A stretch of 64,000 bases of DNA from Amoebidium appalachense. Taxonomy: Eukaryota > Protista > Ichthyosporea. Location: the NCBI GenBank assembly GCA_963693365.1, contig CAVNZM010000018.1, positions 1,695,399-1,759,398 of the forward strand, written 5' to 3'. Under the pieces are notes generated by a model. That model saw only the letters and a list, made by a program, of their open reading frames with translations. It was not told where the DNA came from and ran no database searches. The position numbers and the translations under genes are program-made. Within the stretch, counting starts at the first letter, position 1, and each line of letters opens with the position of its first letter. This document shows positions 23,709 to 46,316 of this stretch, in pieces.

Positions 23709-23996
23709 GTCAATGGCTGCTTGTGTGAAATAGCCTTATTAGGTTCGTTGGTGTGTTCGGACGACTTGGTGCCCTGTTGATTCTTTAAGGCATGGGTCTG
23801 TGTTTGAAGTAGTAGGGTACCACTGGAAAGTATATATGCTGCACTTTACTGAGAGCTGTTATAGAAAGAGAGAAGAAATGTAGTTGTACCAGTTCGTTTT
23901 CGCTCCTTTTTTCTTAGATGGAATTGCCTTTTTTTTGGTGTGTATGTGTGCATGTGTTTATGTGCATGTGTGTACGTGTGTGTTGTGTGTTGTGTG

Positions 23997-24050
<54 letters not shown>

Positions 24051-24985
24051 TTTGCCAACGACTATTATGTCTGGTGACTTGTGCACGTGTGCCATTGTGT
24101 ATGTATGTAGTTTCCGCAGATAGGTTTTCTGCGATCCACCAATAGGAGTGGGTGGTGATGAGCCATATATGGTTATTCACTGAAGTGTGTAAGGGAACGT
24201 GTTAAGCTTGATTGAATAAACACACACGTGCCCCACCCCCTCTTCGTCTCCATCTCAAACCATATGTATTAAATTCTCATGATTTTTTAGTGGTGTGTTG
24301 TATAACATAAAATTTGGCTATATTCCTACCCTTTTTATTGTTTTATTATACCTTTTCTTACTTTTTTGTTGTTTTATTATACCGATATCCAATACACTAG
24401 GGAGGTTAGAAAGTCATCATCTTGTGCATGAAAATTTCTGGACTTTGTCGCATGTCATTATTCTATTCTCGGGATAGTCCCACCCCCCTTCCCCCCCCCC
24501 CCCCCCCTCCTTCCCCGTGCGGGTCTCCTCCACCACCACGACCACAACCACGTACCAACGTTAACACCACCGCCAAACTGAGAAGGAAAAAAAAAAAAAA
24601 AAAAAAACCCCCCGATTCAATACAGTGTCACATACTCTCTCTCCCGGGTAACTGATATAAATTTCAAAAGCTCCATCAATGAACACGGGGTCGACCCGAT
24701 CGCGATAGACATCAACGGGTCTAAAGTGCTTGCAATTCCAGTTCTAAGGCTTCATTTTGTATACTAATTAATATTAGTGTGTTACCGTGCATCATATAGC
24801 CACTGGTACAAATCACAAATCACAACCACAATTAATCACAACGTAATCACCTACAAAGAATTTTTGATTCGTGGCTTCGTGGGGGGGAGGGGGGGAGGGG
24901 GGGGGGAGGGGGGGGGGGGGGGGGGGAGGAAGGGGGGGGGGGGGCGGGACGGGGAGCGGGAACCGGGGGAAGGGGAGGGGGGTGT

Positions 24986-25022
<37 letters not shown>

Positions 25023-25167
25023 GGGGAGGGGGGGAGGGGGGGGTTATGTAATATGTGTTACAGCGTCAGAAGTGCACATTCACAACGGACAAACCATGAT
25101 CCGGATTTCCTTTTTTATTAAAAAAAAACAAAAAAAAAACACAAAGCGTCCTCCTTACTTTCTTTTT

Positions 25168-25219
<52 letters not shown>

Positions 25220-25294
25220 TGTGTGTCTGTGTGTGTGTGTGTGTGTGTCTGTGTGTGTGTGTGTGTCTGTGTGTGTGTGTGTGTGTGTGTCTGT

Positions 25295-25408
<114 letters not shown>

Positions 25409-25851
25409 TCATAATGGTTAACAACACAATGCACAAGGCAGATGGTTCTGACACCATGGGGGTTTTGAAAGCGTGTTACAGAGTGCAAAAAAACTGTACA
25501 TCTACGACGGGCAACACACTGCAGATTACACTACACACAAATGAGCATGCATCACATGCACCTCCCACCCTCATGGGGCCAACAGACCATTGAACAGACT
25601 ACAAAGTATACATTGGCGGCAGAAACTTTCACACAGCATATATTACAAAGAGCATACATAAAAGACTACACATCACAAGCAGATCCCATCCTCAGGGGGT
25701 GTACGAATAGTTCCTTATAAAACCCAAACAAACTGTGTACTGGCACCCTCGCCTTACCCCTCTGGAGGAGGACCGCGCTGTCCGCCCAGGCGAGGTGGGC
25801 CTTCGGTGGGTGCGGTCGGTTGGGGGGCTGATGGTGGTGATGTGGGAGAAG

Positions 25852-26182
25852 GCTGAGGGGAGGAAATTTACGTAAGCACATGTTTGTTTCAACTGTGGTA
25901 TGGTTACACGATTGGAAGGTGGTGGATTTAGGGGAGAGAGGTAGGATGAGGGGGAGGGGAGGGAGGGGGCTGTATGCAACAAACGGTTGGAATTATGGAG
26001 GAGGAGGCACCAAAAGACAAAACATAAAACACCACCAACCCTCCCCCCCCCCCCCCCCCCCCCCCCGGAAATCAAACCGTAGGTTAAAAAACCCCCGGAA
26101 ATCAAACCGTAGGTTAAAAAGCACAGACAGAAGACGCCTGAATAGAGCCCACCATCAGGAGGGCCGTGGAGGGACACCTGGT

Positions 26183-26224
<42 letters not shown>

Positions 26225-26572
26225 AATTGCACTTGTCATCAAAATGCACAACGAAAAACAGGGATGGGGGTTCAGAAGGACAGGGGTACACGAACACAAG
26301 AGCATGCGGGGGGGGGGGGGGGGGGGGGAGGGGGGGTATATTACATCCCCTTGTTGAATGAACAACACATTAAAACAGAAGGTGGGCACCATGTTACAGA
26401 TAAGGAGTGTCCAAACCTGGGATATCCAAACACACACACACACAAACGAAAAGGAATCACGAGAAAATAGATTAAAAAGCAAAAAAGTGATGAGAGTGGG
26501 ATTTCAAGCCACGTCCAGAGAAAAAGCAAACGGCTGGAACCTGAACCTAGCGACTTACTCAACCATCTCGTT
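25852..26572 (-). mobile_element. Putative tRNA-Leu-headed SINE-like repeat, copy 1
   Basis: Body 25852-26530 is duplicated at 32346-32858 plus 33613-33828. Its minus-strand 5' end is a degenerate tRNA. Confidence 0.6.
26488..26572 (-). pseudogene. Degenerate tRNA-Leu(CAG)-like sequence
   Basis: Minus strand reads acgagatggttgagtaagtcgctagg-ttCAGgt-tccag...gtggcttgaaatcccactctcatca followed by a T-run. Acceptor stem, anticodon arm and long variable arm are recognisable; the D and T loops are damaged. Confidence 0.6.
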
Positions 26573-26616
26573 TGCACAGTCGCTCGATCGCAACCACACC
26601 CACAACAACAAGACTC

Positions 26617-26688
<72 letters not shown>

Positions 26689-27002
26689 ACCCACCCACCC
26701 AAAAAAAAAAAAAAAAAAAGGAGGGGAAAAAATAAAGAAAAAAATACCGCACACTGGCTACACAGTTCAAACTTGTCAAGCCAATACCGACTTCAGAAGT
26801 TGACAGAAAACAGTCACAAGTATGTCATAGCCCCTTAGCTAAATATTGGCATCTCATATCAAAACAACCCAGGGTAAATGGGTCGACGTGCGCAAAGCCC
26901 TTGGAGCAAGCTCCGAAGAGCGTGTAATCATGGGTCGAATAAAAATTGTTTAGTTAGACACAACTAACCAAAACAAAAAGAAAACATAAATGAAAAAAAA
27001 AG

Positions 27003-27076
27003 TGACGAGTGTGGGATTTGAACCCTCGGCTGGAAACCCGCACTAGGATCTGACTTTAGTCCCCACACCGGGCCAA
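27003..27076 (-). pseudogene. Second degenerate tRNA-Leu-like sequence
   Basis: Minus strand reads ...gtCAGatcctagtgcgggtttccagccgagggTTCAAATCCcacactcgtca followed by a T-run. The B box is intact and the 5' half is decayed. Confidence 0.5.
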
Positions 27077-27290
27077 CAAACACACACCACACACCACACA
27101 CCATCCCCTCAGTCTCCGATCTGTGTAAGCCCCCTCCCCTTGGCAATTACCATGTACAAAAACCAAAAAGCTTCAATTGTAGTCGATCCGAATCATGAAG
27201 TTTGATATTCGTACCCTATCAGTACTATTGAGTTGTATAAATCCCTGAGAAGAGGAAGAAATGTCGCCGGGGCAACAACCTAAGTGCACG

Positions 27291-27324
<34 letters not shown>

Positions 27325-27799
27325 AAGAATGAAAGAGAGGAAGAAATGTCGCCGGGGCAACCAAGTGCACGGGTTGCTTGATGTAGACCAGCAGTTACTG
27401 GCACCTTGGGGCCACGCAGCACGACATGGTGCCTCGTAGAGAAAGTAAACCCTGATATAATCATCACCCGACATCTATGTACGTGATCATGATATACCGC
27501 TGAGGGGATATTCCGAGCAAAAACCCCCCATACCCGAGACTGGTTTCTCTTTGCCTCGAGTAAACAGCGTAAACCCCGTGCACATATAGCATCACTGATG
27601 CGTGTGTGTACATGCAAGCTGCGTATACGACACATGGAGATTCTGACCATATGCATCATCGACATTTTCCAGGATTCCCTAAACTTTCATAGCCAGAAAA
27701 GTTCCAAATGGGCAACAGCTATGATAGCTATATTCTGCTGCAGGGGCGTAAGATTTAGAAAATATTAATCAGTGGCCCACTTTGGAAGTGGGAAGGGGA

Positions 27800-27831
<32 letters not shown>

Positions 27832-28698
27832 GCTGGCTAGTCTGCTTCCGGTCACACCTATTACGTATGCACGTGTACTGCATTTTTGCCAAAATCCATA
27901 AGCACTCCTCCACATATGAATTCACAGAAAGACACATGAACACAGCAATATACGCACAATCACAGACACCATATATGCTGTGAGCTGCCGCCCTACAAAT
28001 CGTTCGTATGCAACACTATTATATACTTGCAGGCATCAGATCAGGCTGTGCATTTCATTGAATCGTATGACGGTCACTAACATAACATGAATGTATGCAC
28101 GACCACAATCACCACATAACTCAGACTCTGCATAAACCTTGACTAGAAATGTTCGGATTTTACCCCACATTCCAACATTTCCCCCCTACCCACTATTTGC
28201 GCACTCACATCTGCATTAGAACGTTTATATGACAGAAGAATGACTGTGTTTTTCTGCTGTCCCTGATCGATTCAAAAGCTCTAAGTCTTAATATACAAAA
28301 ATTTAACAAAACACGACAATCAGTACCCCTGTTGTGCTGAACGCTCAAACAGACTCCAAACTGTAACGGCCAAGCCCGAATTGGTTAAGTGACAAACATG
28401 CATCCCAACTAATAGTATGAACAAACACAAACAAAAACCAAGAAAAACATTCTAATCGGAAACGACTAACCATACAGGTACATGCAACCTCACAAACAAT
28501 ATTGCCTAATCCACCCATTTAACCAAGAAAGATCGATTCAGAATTCCGCCACAACACCACCTCAACCAAACATTTCCATTTTGCCTGTATCTGGCAATCA
28601 TTGCCATTGAATGAAAGCCACACAGAATTACAGCAGGGGGGTTTCTTCACAACAGCAATTTTGCAACGTTTAATTGGTTGATTCACATGGATGTAGGT

Positions 28699-31505
<2,807 letters not shown>

Positions 31506-31836
31506 ATCTGTGTGCCCACAAAACACAACAGTAAGCATGCATAGTGAAGTCGTGCCATTTGCACTTTCTGTTATTCTCTTAACCACAAGCTGTTTAAGCG
31601 GGAAGTGAATTGTTTGTTCAAAATGAAAATACTACCAGACATACACACAGAAAGGAATGCTGGAACAAGGATACCAAACTCCCTTCCCCCTCCCCCACCC
31701 CCTCTACACCCCCACCCACCCGAACACCCCCATCCACCCACTCCCCCCCCCCCCCCCCCCCCAAAAAAAAAAAAAAAAAAGGGTATTTTACCAGTTTGGA
31801 CATGCGCATCAGAACTCATACAGCCGGCACCGCTTG

Positions 31837-31871
<35 letters not shown>

Positions 31872-31979
31872 GAAAAACAAAAATAAGAAAAGAAACCCTC
31901 CCCCCACACACACGCCACCACTACACCAGAAACAGTATTGGTTCAAGGCTAGCACCTCTCGGCTGGGCCATTGCCCATA

Positions 31980-32347
31980 CTGCTTTGCTGCCTATCTATT
32001 GGCTGCAGGTCACACATGTTCTGCCGTTACTGCTTTGCTGCCTATCTATTGGCTGCAGGTCACACATGTTCTGCCACTACTGCTTTGCTGCCTATCTATT
32101 GGCTGCAGGTCACATGTTCTGCCGCTACTTGCTTTGCTGCCTATCTATTGGCTGCAGGTCACACATGTTCTGCCGCTACTGCTTTGCTGCCTATCTATTG
32201 GCTGCAGGTCACATGTTCTGCCGCTACTGCTTTGCTGCCTATCTATTGGCTGCAGGTCACATGTTCTGCCGCTACTGCTTTGCTGCCTATCTATTGGCTG
32301 CAGGTCACATGTTCTGCCGCTACTGCTTTGCTGCCTATCTATTGGCT
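31980..32347. repeat. Minisatellite, 55-57-bp unit, about 6.5 copies
   Basis: ctgctttgctgcctatctattggctgcaggtcac(ac)atgttctgccgcta repeated in tandem. Confidence 0.95.
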
Positions 32348-33828
32348 GAGGGGAGGAAACTTACGTAAGCACATGTTTGTTTCCACAGTGTTACGGGTAC
32401 ACGATTGGGAGGTGGTGGATCTAGGGGAGAGACATAGGATGAGGGGGAGGGGAGGGAGGGGGATGTATGCAACAAACGTTTGGAAATATGGAGGAGGAGG
32501 CACCAAAAGACAATACATAAAACGCCACCAACCCCCTCCCCCCCCCCCCCCCCCCCCCTCTCCCCCCGAAATCAAACCATAGGTTAAAAAGCACAGGCAG
32601 AAGACGCTTGAATAGAGCCCACTATCAGGAGGGCGAGGGGGACACCCTGTGGGGAGGGGGGGGGGGGGGGGAAGGGGGAAGTAATCGCACTTGTCATCAA
32701 AATGCACAACGAAAAACAGGGATGGGGGTTCAGAATGACAGGAGTACATGAACACAAGAGCACACGCGGGGGGAGGGGGGGGGGGGGGGGGGGGATATAT
32801 TATATCCCCTTGGTGAATGAACAACACAGATTAAAACAGAAGGTGGGCACTATGGTTTATATGAAACAATTAAAAAAATTAGGAATATCGCAAAATCGAA
32901 AAAAATATGTATGGACCAATTATTTTCGCGCGATCTCACGATTAGCCAAATATAGAAATTTGGGCGGGAAGTTTTTGCGCGCCAAAAAAAAGTTTTTATA
33001 AAACAATTAAACAAAAGTAGGGATAAGCGTCGACCTCATTTTTATAAGCTCTTCCCGAGACCACAAGGGTCCCGGGAGTTGAGCAGAATGGCCGCGGCAG
33101 CTGGCTTTATATACAAGACCAGCTATCCCCCAAAACACCATTTTGTGAAACGGTCCTTGCGATACCATAATCCGCGCGTTATGGTGTATGGCAATTATTT
33201 TAAATTATTTTTATCATATTGGAACGATGTGTATTACATGTCTAAAAAAATTATTTGGCTTAAAATACGAGATAAAGATTATTTATTCTTTAGATACACA
33301 CATACGACTCGCCCTGTACATGGAGGTTTGGCGGGACCCAACCTCCAGAAAAAGCCACCAATGGATCCCGGAATATAAAACTTTTAATCTCGCGCGCATT
33401 CCACCAAAGCCAATAGCATGATCGGAAAAACTCGCGCGCATTCCATCTAATTTATCACTTAGCCAATAGCATGGTAGGTGCATCACGTCCACGATCTGCC
33501 GCAGCTTCCCGCCAAATCGGACATCCAACCACTTACCTACAGCACATGGCGCCAAAAAGAAGCCAATCAATCACAAGATAAATTATAAAAAAAAATATGC
33601 CGCAATGCCTGTTGAATGAACAACACAGATTAAAACAGAAGGTGGGCACCATGGTTTTTATAAAACAAAAAAAAAAAAGTAGGAATGTTACAAATAAGGA
33701 GTGTCCAAACCTGGGATATCCAAACACACACACACACACAAACGAAAAGGAATCACGAGAAAATAGATTGGAAAGCAAAAAAGTGACGAGAGTGGGAGTT
33801 CAGGCCACGTCCAGAGAAGAAACAAACT
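32346..33828 (-). mobile_element. tRNA-headed repeat copy 2, interrupted by an insert of about 750 bp
   Basis: Matches 25852-26530. The insert 32859-33612 is flanked by a direct repeat of about 45 bp (32814-32858 and 33613-33657). Confidence 0.6.
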
Positions 33829-34089
33829 AGTTTCTTGCTCCAACTCAGGCATCGAGCCAAGCCGCTGCCGGTGAAGAAAAGACGAACAGAGAAGGCTTGG
33901 GGGGGGGGGGGGGGGGGGGGGGGGAGCAACCGGGAGGAGGATTGAAGAAAATATTCGGGTGTGTAAATGTCAGTGGCGGAGCTAGGGAGGGAACGTGACG
34001 TGGCAACAACAAAGAACCGGGAGGGGGGGTTGCGGGTGTGTTGTGTATGGTTACGAAATTTCAAGAAAGTAGAAGGGAAAACCCCACAC

Positions 34090-38364
<4,275 letters not shown>

Positions 38365-39660
38365 CTGGAGATTTTAGTTCGTTTCTTGTATGTTATCGTC
38401 CTGGTGTTCATACCCTTTTCAAATTATGGGGAAAAAATACAAAAAAAAAAAAAAAAAAAAAACTTAGGATTTTTCAGGATTGCCACTTTCCTTTGGACCT
38501 ATACGTAGTGCAGTAACCAGATATCTTCTTCTGATATAGTTCTGAAATGGAGAAGGAAGAAGCACCAGTTTTTAATTCAGAGTAGGTAGACTCTGGTGAG
38601 GGGTCTATGTAAGAGGGATATGCTAACGATTTCGGCGGTCAAGTTTGGATGTTATGTTTTTACCTTTTTTTTGTAAACGTCATATCAGAAACATGTCTTT
38701 GTTCGGGTACTATGTTCCAGTTGAACGCTTTTTATAAAAAGAAAAACGAAGTCGTTAATGCAGTCTTCTGCGCTAAGCGTGCTCTCGTTTTAACGACCGT
38801 TGAAGCAGTGACTGACTTGACCGTCGTTTTTTCTCTTGCGTGTAAGTAGTGCTTCAACTTACACGTATGTGCGTGTGTTCAGAAGCATTTGTGGTTTGTT
38901 CGGCCTATCCAATATTTATAGCCTTTTTAATTGTTTTCGGAGTGCGCATTATTCGTTTTTTCGTGAATACACAAAATCCATGCGTTTTCCCACATACTGT
39001 ACATACAAGTAACACAAGCCTTTGAATCGCATTTGGAGTGCAAGATCGGCCTTGCAGATCTTGGTCATATTGCTTAGTTTTGATTTGCAAATAGACAATG
39101 GCCCTTATCAATGCATGATATGTATGCTTTCTGATTCGTCAACTATGTTCAACCTGCTACCTCGAGCTCTCGATACATTAGCTATATGGATGTATGTAAT
39201 CAATTCACCTGCCACAATATTGACTTGAAACAATATGTAGCTATTAATTATTATATAAAACGAGCATTTTTTTTCATCACAATTTTTTGGCCTGTGAGAT
39301 AGAGGTGCGTGTGCAAGGAGCAGTCCCGGCGGGGGAGCTTGCGGGAGCACTGATCATCGGGGGCCAATCAAAAGGCCCTTCGATTACGTCCGTGTGACGT
39401 GCTGGTTCAGATCCTTGCCGTTCTTTCTTCCCACGTGCACTTTTCAAACAGCCCCAAAAATCCTAAGAGGAGCCTTGAATATGTATGCATATATCCCTAT
39501 TTTTGAGGCTAGTAACTCAAGGGGGTTTATTACCGTTCAAGTTTGGTACATACGGTACGCACTACCAAGGCACCATTCACGGATATCATTGCTGCCGACA
39601 GGAATGCATGTACACTTGCAATTCAACTGACAAGTGCAAGCACTGTGTACATGCAGAATT

Positions 39661-39771
<111 letters not shown>

Positions 39772-39912
39772 CGCACGCACGCACGCACGCACGCACACAA
39801 ACCCACACCCACACACACAAATATTAATGCCCAAACAGTGTGCACACACACACACACGCGCTGATACACACACGCACGTACATCACACACACACACACAC
39901 ACGCACACACGC

Positions 39913-39982
<70 letters not shown>

Positions 39983-40043
39983 TCGGCACATAAAAACAGT
40001 GAACATATGCAACCACACACACAGAGCTAGCGTCGTTAAGTGT

Positions 40044-40154
<111 letters not shown>

Positions 40155-40680
40155 GGTCTCTCTCTCTAGGTCTCTCTCTCGCTCTCGCTTTCGCTCTTTC
40201 TCCCTCCCCGCCCCCCCTCCCTCCCCCATCTCCCTCCCACCCTGTCTGAACATGAGCATACTCGTCACGATGGCACACAGGCAGAAAGAGACACGTGCAT
40301 ATTGCATCATGGCACACGTCACACACTCAATGCTCTAAGCGTATGCATTTAAGTTTTATGTATTCAGTACACCGTGTCAGTTTGCAATCACCAAAATCAT
40401 GCCAATTTGTGTCATTTCATATGCCTATATACTATGCTTGAACAACATCACTCCGGACTGAGGCCTAGGTGCTTGCTTTCCATTTTTAGGGACGGGGGAT
40501 ATGGGGGAGGAGGCTTAGGGCCGAGTGGAAGGGCGAAGAGGATTGCTAAGGCTTGGAGACAAGTGAAAATTAATTTGGGGCTCAGATCTCACTAAATGAG
40601 TTTGCAGGGAGGGACGGGAATGCATTTGGCGCGTGGCGCGACCGCGTGTGCATATGCGCGCGTGTGTGTTTGGTTTCCCG

Positions 40681-40713
<33 letters not shown>

Positions 40714-40724
40714 CGTTTTTGTGT

Positions 40725-40777
<53 letters not shown>

Positions 40778-40943
40778 GGAGTAGAGGAGGGGAGGTGAAG
40801 GTGGGCAGGAAGGGTTGGAACATATACAGTCATGAATCCGAGGCACACATGCATTTCATTCCCGACGAACATCTCAGTGCAGATCGAAATTATACATAAA
40901 GAGCATGCATAATTAAGCAGCCTGTGGGGGTCCGGCAGCGCCA

Positions 40944-40988
<45 letters not shown>

Positions 40989-41270
40989 ACCTATGATAAT
41001 AGACGATGTGCAGTGGCCCTACAATAATTCGAAGTGTGTGCGTGTGTATATGTGTGAGAGTTATCGTGTTTGTGTGTTTATATATATGTTCGTCGAAGTG
41101 TTTGTTTTTATTGGTGTGCGTGTGTATGTGTGTGTGTGTGTGGTTGTGTGGGGGGGGCGGGTGAGGGGGGAGGGGAGGGGGGGGAGGGGAGGGGGAAGAG
41201 AGAGAGAGTGGGGGGGTGATGTAAGCATTAGAGGGCGGAAATACGGATGCCTCGAGGAGACACTAGGGCA

Positions 41271-41304
<34 letters not shown>

Positions 41305-41396
41305 GCGGAGGTTTAAGAAGGGACCGGAGCAGGAAAACATTACAATTCACTGGAAAATGACAGCTGGTATAAACAGAATTGTGTGTGTGAGTTTGT

Positions 41397-41435
<39 letters not shown>

Positions 41436-41459
41436 GGGAGGGAAGGGTAAGGTGCGAAC

Positions 41460-41528
<69 letters not shown>

Positions 41529-42639
41529 TGTGTGTGTGTACGTGCACGTGGTGGTGGTAGTGGTGGTATTGATGGGGTTGGAGGTGGGGGAGGAGGGAGA
41601 GGGGGGATAGAATGCCTACGCAGTATACGTAGAACCTAAATTAGGTATACATTACGATGTGCAAGAACACGACACAGTATGGTCCCCTGATTTGGGTGTG
41701 GTACATACGTGGATGTGTGTGTGTGTGCGCGCGCGCACGAATTGTGGTGGTGGTGCGGGGGGGAGGAGGAGGGGGGGGAGGACAGAACACACAGGAAAAT
41801 CTATATTGGGTACATACTATGTACATAACCAGGACACAGTATGGTCCCCTGGTTTTATTATGCGCGCGCGCACGCGTGTGTGTGCGCGCGCGCGGGTGTG
41901 TACACGTGTGTGTACGCACGCGCATTAGGGAGGGGAGGGGGGAAGGGTGAGGGACAGCAAGGGTTGGAAAACTTGTATTCTAACACAAATAGATACATAA
42001 ATTCCTCTTTCTTATTGTGCACAGTTCCAAAATCCTATTGCATACTTTACTGAGGTCAGTGGGCCCGTAGCGTAACACCAGAGAAATCAGACAGTAAGAA
42101 ATCAAGCACGCACATGTTCACTTTACATATGTAGGAAAGCAACCTAGTCATGCAGCGATAATCAGGAGTCGCGCCTAAGTTTTTGAGCTCCCCGAGACGA
42201 CAAGGGTCCCGGGAGTTGAGCAAACTGATAAAAACGAATGTAATATAGGAATTATGCATGGGCACATAGACGTCTATGTGCCCAGGAATGTATGTAGGTT
42301 CACCGTACAAACTTCTTGTGCACCATGGAGAGGGCAGGAAGGGGAGGAGCCAAGTGGAATTATGGTTCGGAACTTGGGTTGTCCTCAATACCGTTTACTT
42401 CAACATGCAGAAGCGAAGTACCGACCGCCTCTGGCACCCCGGCACTTATACATTCACAAAGTCTTATTACAGCACATACGAAAGAAGAAGCGCAATTTTC
42501 ACCGTTATTCATTATTTCTCTTTAGACTTTCATGTTTACCAGGCTATCTGACTGCTTCACGTTTACCAGATTTATCAAGTTTAAAAGATCTACATGCCAG
42601 AATAAAGCAGCAGTCAAGCCACGCTACCAGCCTGCCCCT

Positions 42640-43506
<867 letters not shown>

Positions 43507-45515
43507 TTACGTGATTTGGAGGGGATGACGTTGCTAGGCTGGACTGCCTTAATCTTATAACACAGCACCTTAAAAGAGCATATAATTGTTATATTTTCTG
43601 TGTATTAGTTTTAATGAATATATTTTGATGATTAAGATTTTTTTTCTTTTGTCCGAAAATGTATCATTAGCGAGTTACTGACAGCAAAAGCCAAAGCAGA
43701 ATCACCGAGTTGGCATGCACGAATCGCAGCACGATCGCGAATCGCGAACACGCAGACAGCTGGTCAAATGTCCGTGTGATGACGTACACGTAAAAAGCCC
43801 AACAGCCAAAAAAGATACCTGATATTGCATGTGGGTTGGTTTTAATTTTGCTTTTTCTTTATGGATCTGAACTACCAGAAACCATTCAAACACTATTAAT
43901 GGTTATGCCAAGAAGCCACATATAAACCTAAAAACAGTATAGGTCTTGGATGATCTTATCTTGGAGGTTTAGATAAAAAAAATCAGAAACTATTCCTCTC
44001 ACTTTTCACTTCATCTAAATTTAAGCAACCAATCGCAAAACACTAACAAAGAGCCAAGAGGGCGTGAATCAAGTTAGCTGATTGAACTAAGCTATGATTC
44101 GTCAAGAATGGTCACGAAAGTTTTTTATTGGCTCATTCTCAAAATATTAATGGCATGTGCAGCTCCTGCCGCCCAGTGCTCATGCATTTTTCACATTGTC
44201 ACAACAAATGAAACAGGAAATTCTATAAAGCTATTCAATATGCTAACATACAGATAAGATTAACAGGCAAATTGTTTTATTTCTTCTTATTTTTATGTGG
44301 TGCTTTTTAAACTGGCTGCTACTGTTACTAAGACATTGCTAAGGTAATTACGTCATCGAAGTACGTGCGCTGGATATGGTATTTTTCCAGCAGACTTCAA
44401 ACTGGAACATCGAATCGTTGGTTCGCAAATTCCCCTTCTGTGAAATTCGGCTAAAGCTGGTTGGAATAGGATCGCAATGCACCTAGCAATTGGCTACATA
44501 TCAGTTACAATAGAATGCCGATACGCAGAGAGCCAATCAAGCGTGTTATATTTGATAAGTAATTCCAGGGGTAATCATTGGGTCGCAGTGTGTCGCAGTT
44601 TCTACGTCATCTGTCGCATAATCTTGCGACGTCATTGGCTCCATGCGGCGAACGATCCGAATGGCTCTCGTGGAGAAAATTCTGTTTTTTGGCCCTCCCT
44701 TAGTGTAGACCTGTGAAGCACGTGACGTTTGTTGTGAAGCGGAGTCCTAAACTTAAGCTGACTAATAGTTACGTTATTTTGGAAAGTTTTAGAAAAGTTG
44801 GACCAATGGTTCAAAAGTTAAAGCGTCTTTATTGCTTCATTCTGATTGGTTGTCACACCACGGGGTTTCCCGATTGTTCTTCGAATGACAGTTTCTATCA
44901 CTATCAGACAGTTCTCCGATATTAGAACAGAAAACGGTCTCTACCCAGATGGCCAGATGGCCAGGTCAAATTCAGTGTGTGAAAAAGGTGGATAAAACGG
45001 GATAAAACGGGAGCCAAAATGATCTGGCCATCTGGCCATGTGGCCATGGAATCTCTATATCTAAAAATAGCTGGCACTGCGCCGGGGCGTGGTTCCGGGA
45101 GGCAGGGGAGGCACACGTGCAGGGGAGCACTCACTGGCACTGCGCCGGGCGTGGTTCCGGGAGGCAGGGGAGGCACACGTGCAGGGGAGGCAGGGGAGCA
45201 GGGGAGACTGGGGGGCCACTCACAGCGTGGATAAATGTTGTGTATGCATATGACCATGGTCACGTGTACTAAGAGACTCCACTGGGGGCGTGGTTCCGGG
45301 AGGCAGGGGAGCAGGGGGGCAGGGGGGCAGGGGAGGCACACGTGCAGGGGAGGCAGGGGGGGGGGGGGGGGGATAAATGTTGTGTGTGCATATGTATGTT
45401 GGTTGTGCGGCTGTTTGCGTAATAAAGGCAGAAGCCACGACACTGGGGGCGTGGTTCCGGGCAGCAGGGGGGGCAGGGGGGAGGGGGGTGACAAGGAGGA
45501 ACAGGGTTGGTTTTT

Positions 45516-45953
45516 TTATTTGGGCTTGTGCTTATGGCAATGGGTCGTAGATTTCACCCTGTTTTTGCAGGGATTGCCAGCCTTGGTTTTGCCCTGGCAG
45601 TACCCATTTTCCCTGCCCACACCCACTGCCGCAGCTACAACCGGTGGCTGTGGTGCACCCATGGGTGGATCCGGAGTGGACACAGTTGGCACGGGTACCC
45701 CGGTGCGCTCGGTGCGAGGGCGCTGCATTTCTGCGACTGTAAAGGCGGCCAGGAGGTCGTCCAGCAGGAGGTTTGCATGAGCATAGTCCCCGGCCTTGTG
45801 GGGGTGGAGGATGTTGATGGTGTTGTCGCTGTAGAGGAGGACACCGGTGGCAGGGGCAAAGCATACCCAGGGCTTGAAAATTCGGCATCTGGAGAGAGGG
45901 GTACTGGTAAAACACAAGAGCAACACGGCATCAAGAGTTTGTACCACAGGCAA
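45516..45953 (-). CDS. Small orphan protein with a C-terminal CCCH-type zinc-finger-like motif
   Basis: Ends YCQGKTKAGNPCKNRVKSTTHCHKHKPK*, the C-x3-T-x2-G-x2-C-x8-C-x2-H pattern common in large DNA virus proteins. The start is uncertain and could be internal. Confidence 0.6.
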   Translation of the reverse strand: MPVVQTLDAVLLLCFTSTPLSRCRIFKPWVCFAPATGVLLYSDNTINILHPHKAGDYAHANLLLDDLLAAFTVAEMQRPRTERTGVPVPTVSTPDPPMGAPQPPVVAAAVGVGRENGYCQGKTKAGNPCKNRVKSTTHCHKHKPK

Positions 45954-46019
45954 GATCTCAGAAGGTCACTTTTGGGGTGTAACACGTCGGATACTGAAAG
46001 TTTTGTGAGGTACACGTAC

Positions 46020-46292
46020 ATGTTCGACAGCACGGTCACCACAGGCATTCTTTATGTGATATCTATATGCAGTGTCATTGCAAATATACACTGGTACAAT
46101 TTAATGAAGTCCGAACCGAATGCTAGAGAGAAAGTGGACAAAATGTATCTGGTGTACGTCAGCGCTGCTATTGTCCTCACATGTTTATTGGTTACACCAT
46201 TGATGTATGCAGTCATATACTATTTCAATAAGAAGACGGGTGCTGCGGAGTACGACACCACTCTGAGACAAACAAGTCACTCGGACTTTTAA
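46020..46292 (+). CDS. Small two-transmembrane orphan protein, 90 aa
   Basis: 3' part of ORF 45507-46292 from the ATG at 46020. Hydrophobic segments GILYVISICSVIANIHW and YLVYVSAAIVLTCLLVTPLMYAVIYYF. Confidence 0.55.
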   Translation: MFDSTVTTGILYVISICSVIANIHWYNLMKSEPNAREKVDKMYLVYVSAAIVLTCLLVTPLMYAVIYYFNKKTGAAEYDTTLRQTSHSDF

Positions 46293-46316
46293 TCCGATTG
46301 ACGTGTCACCGCGCCA

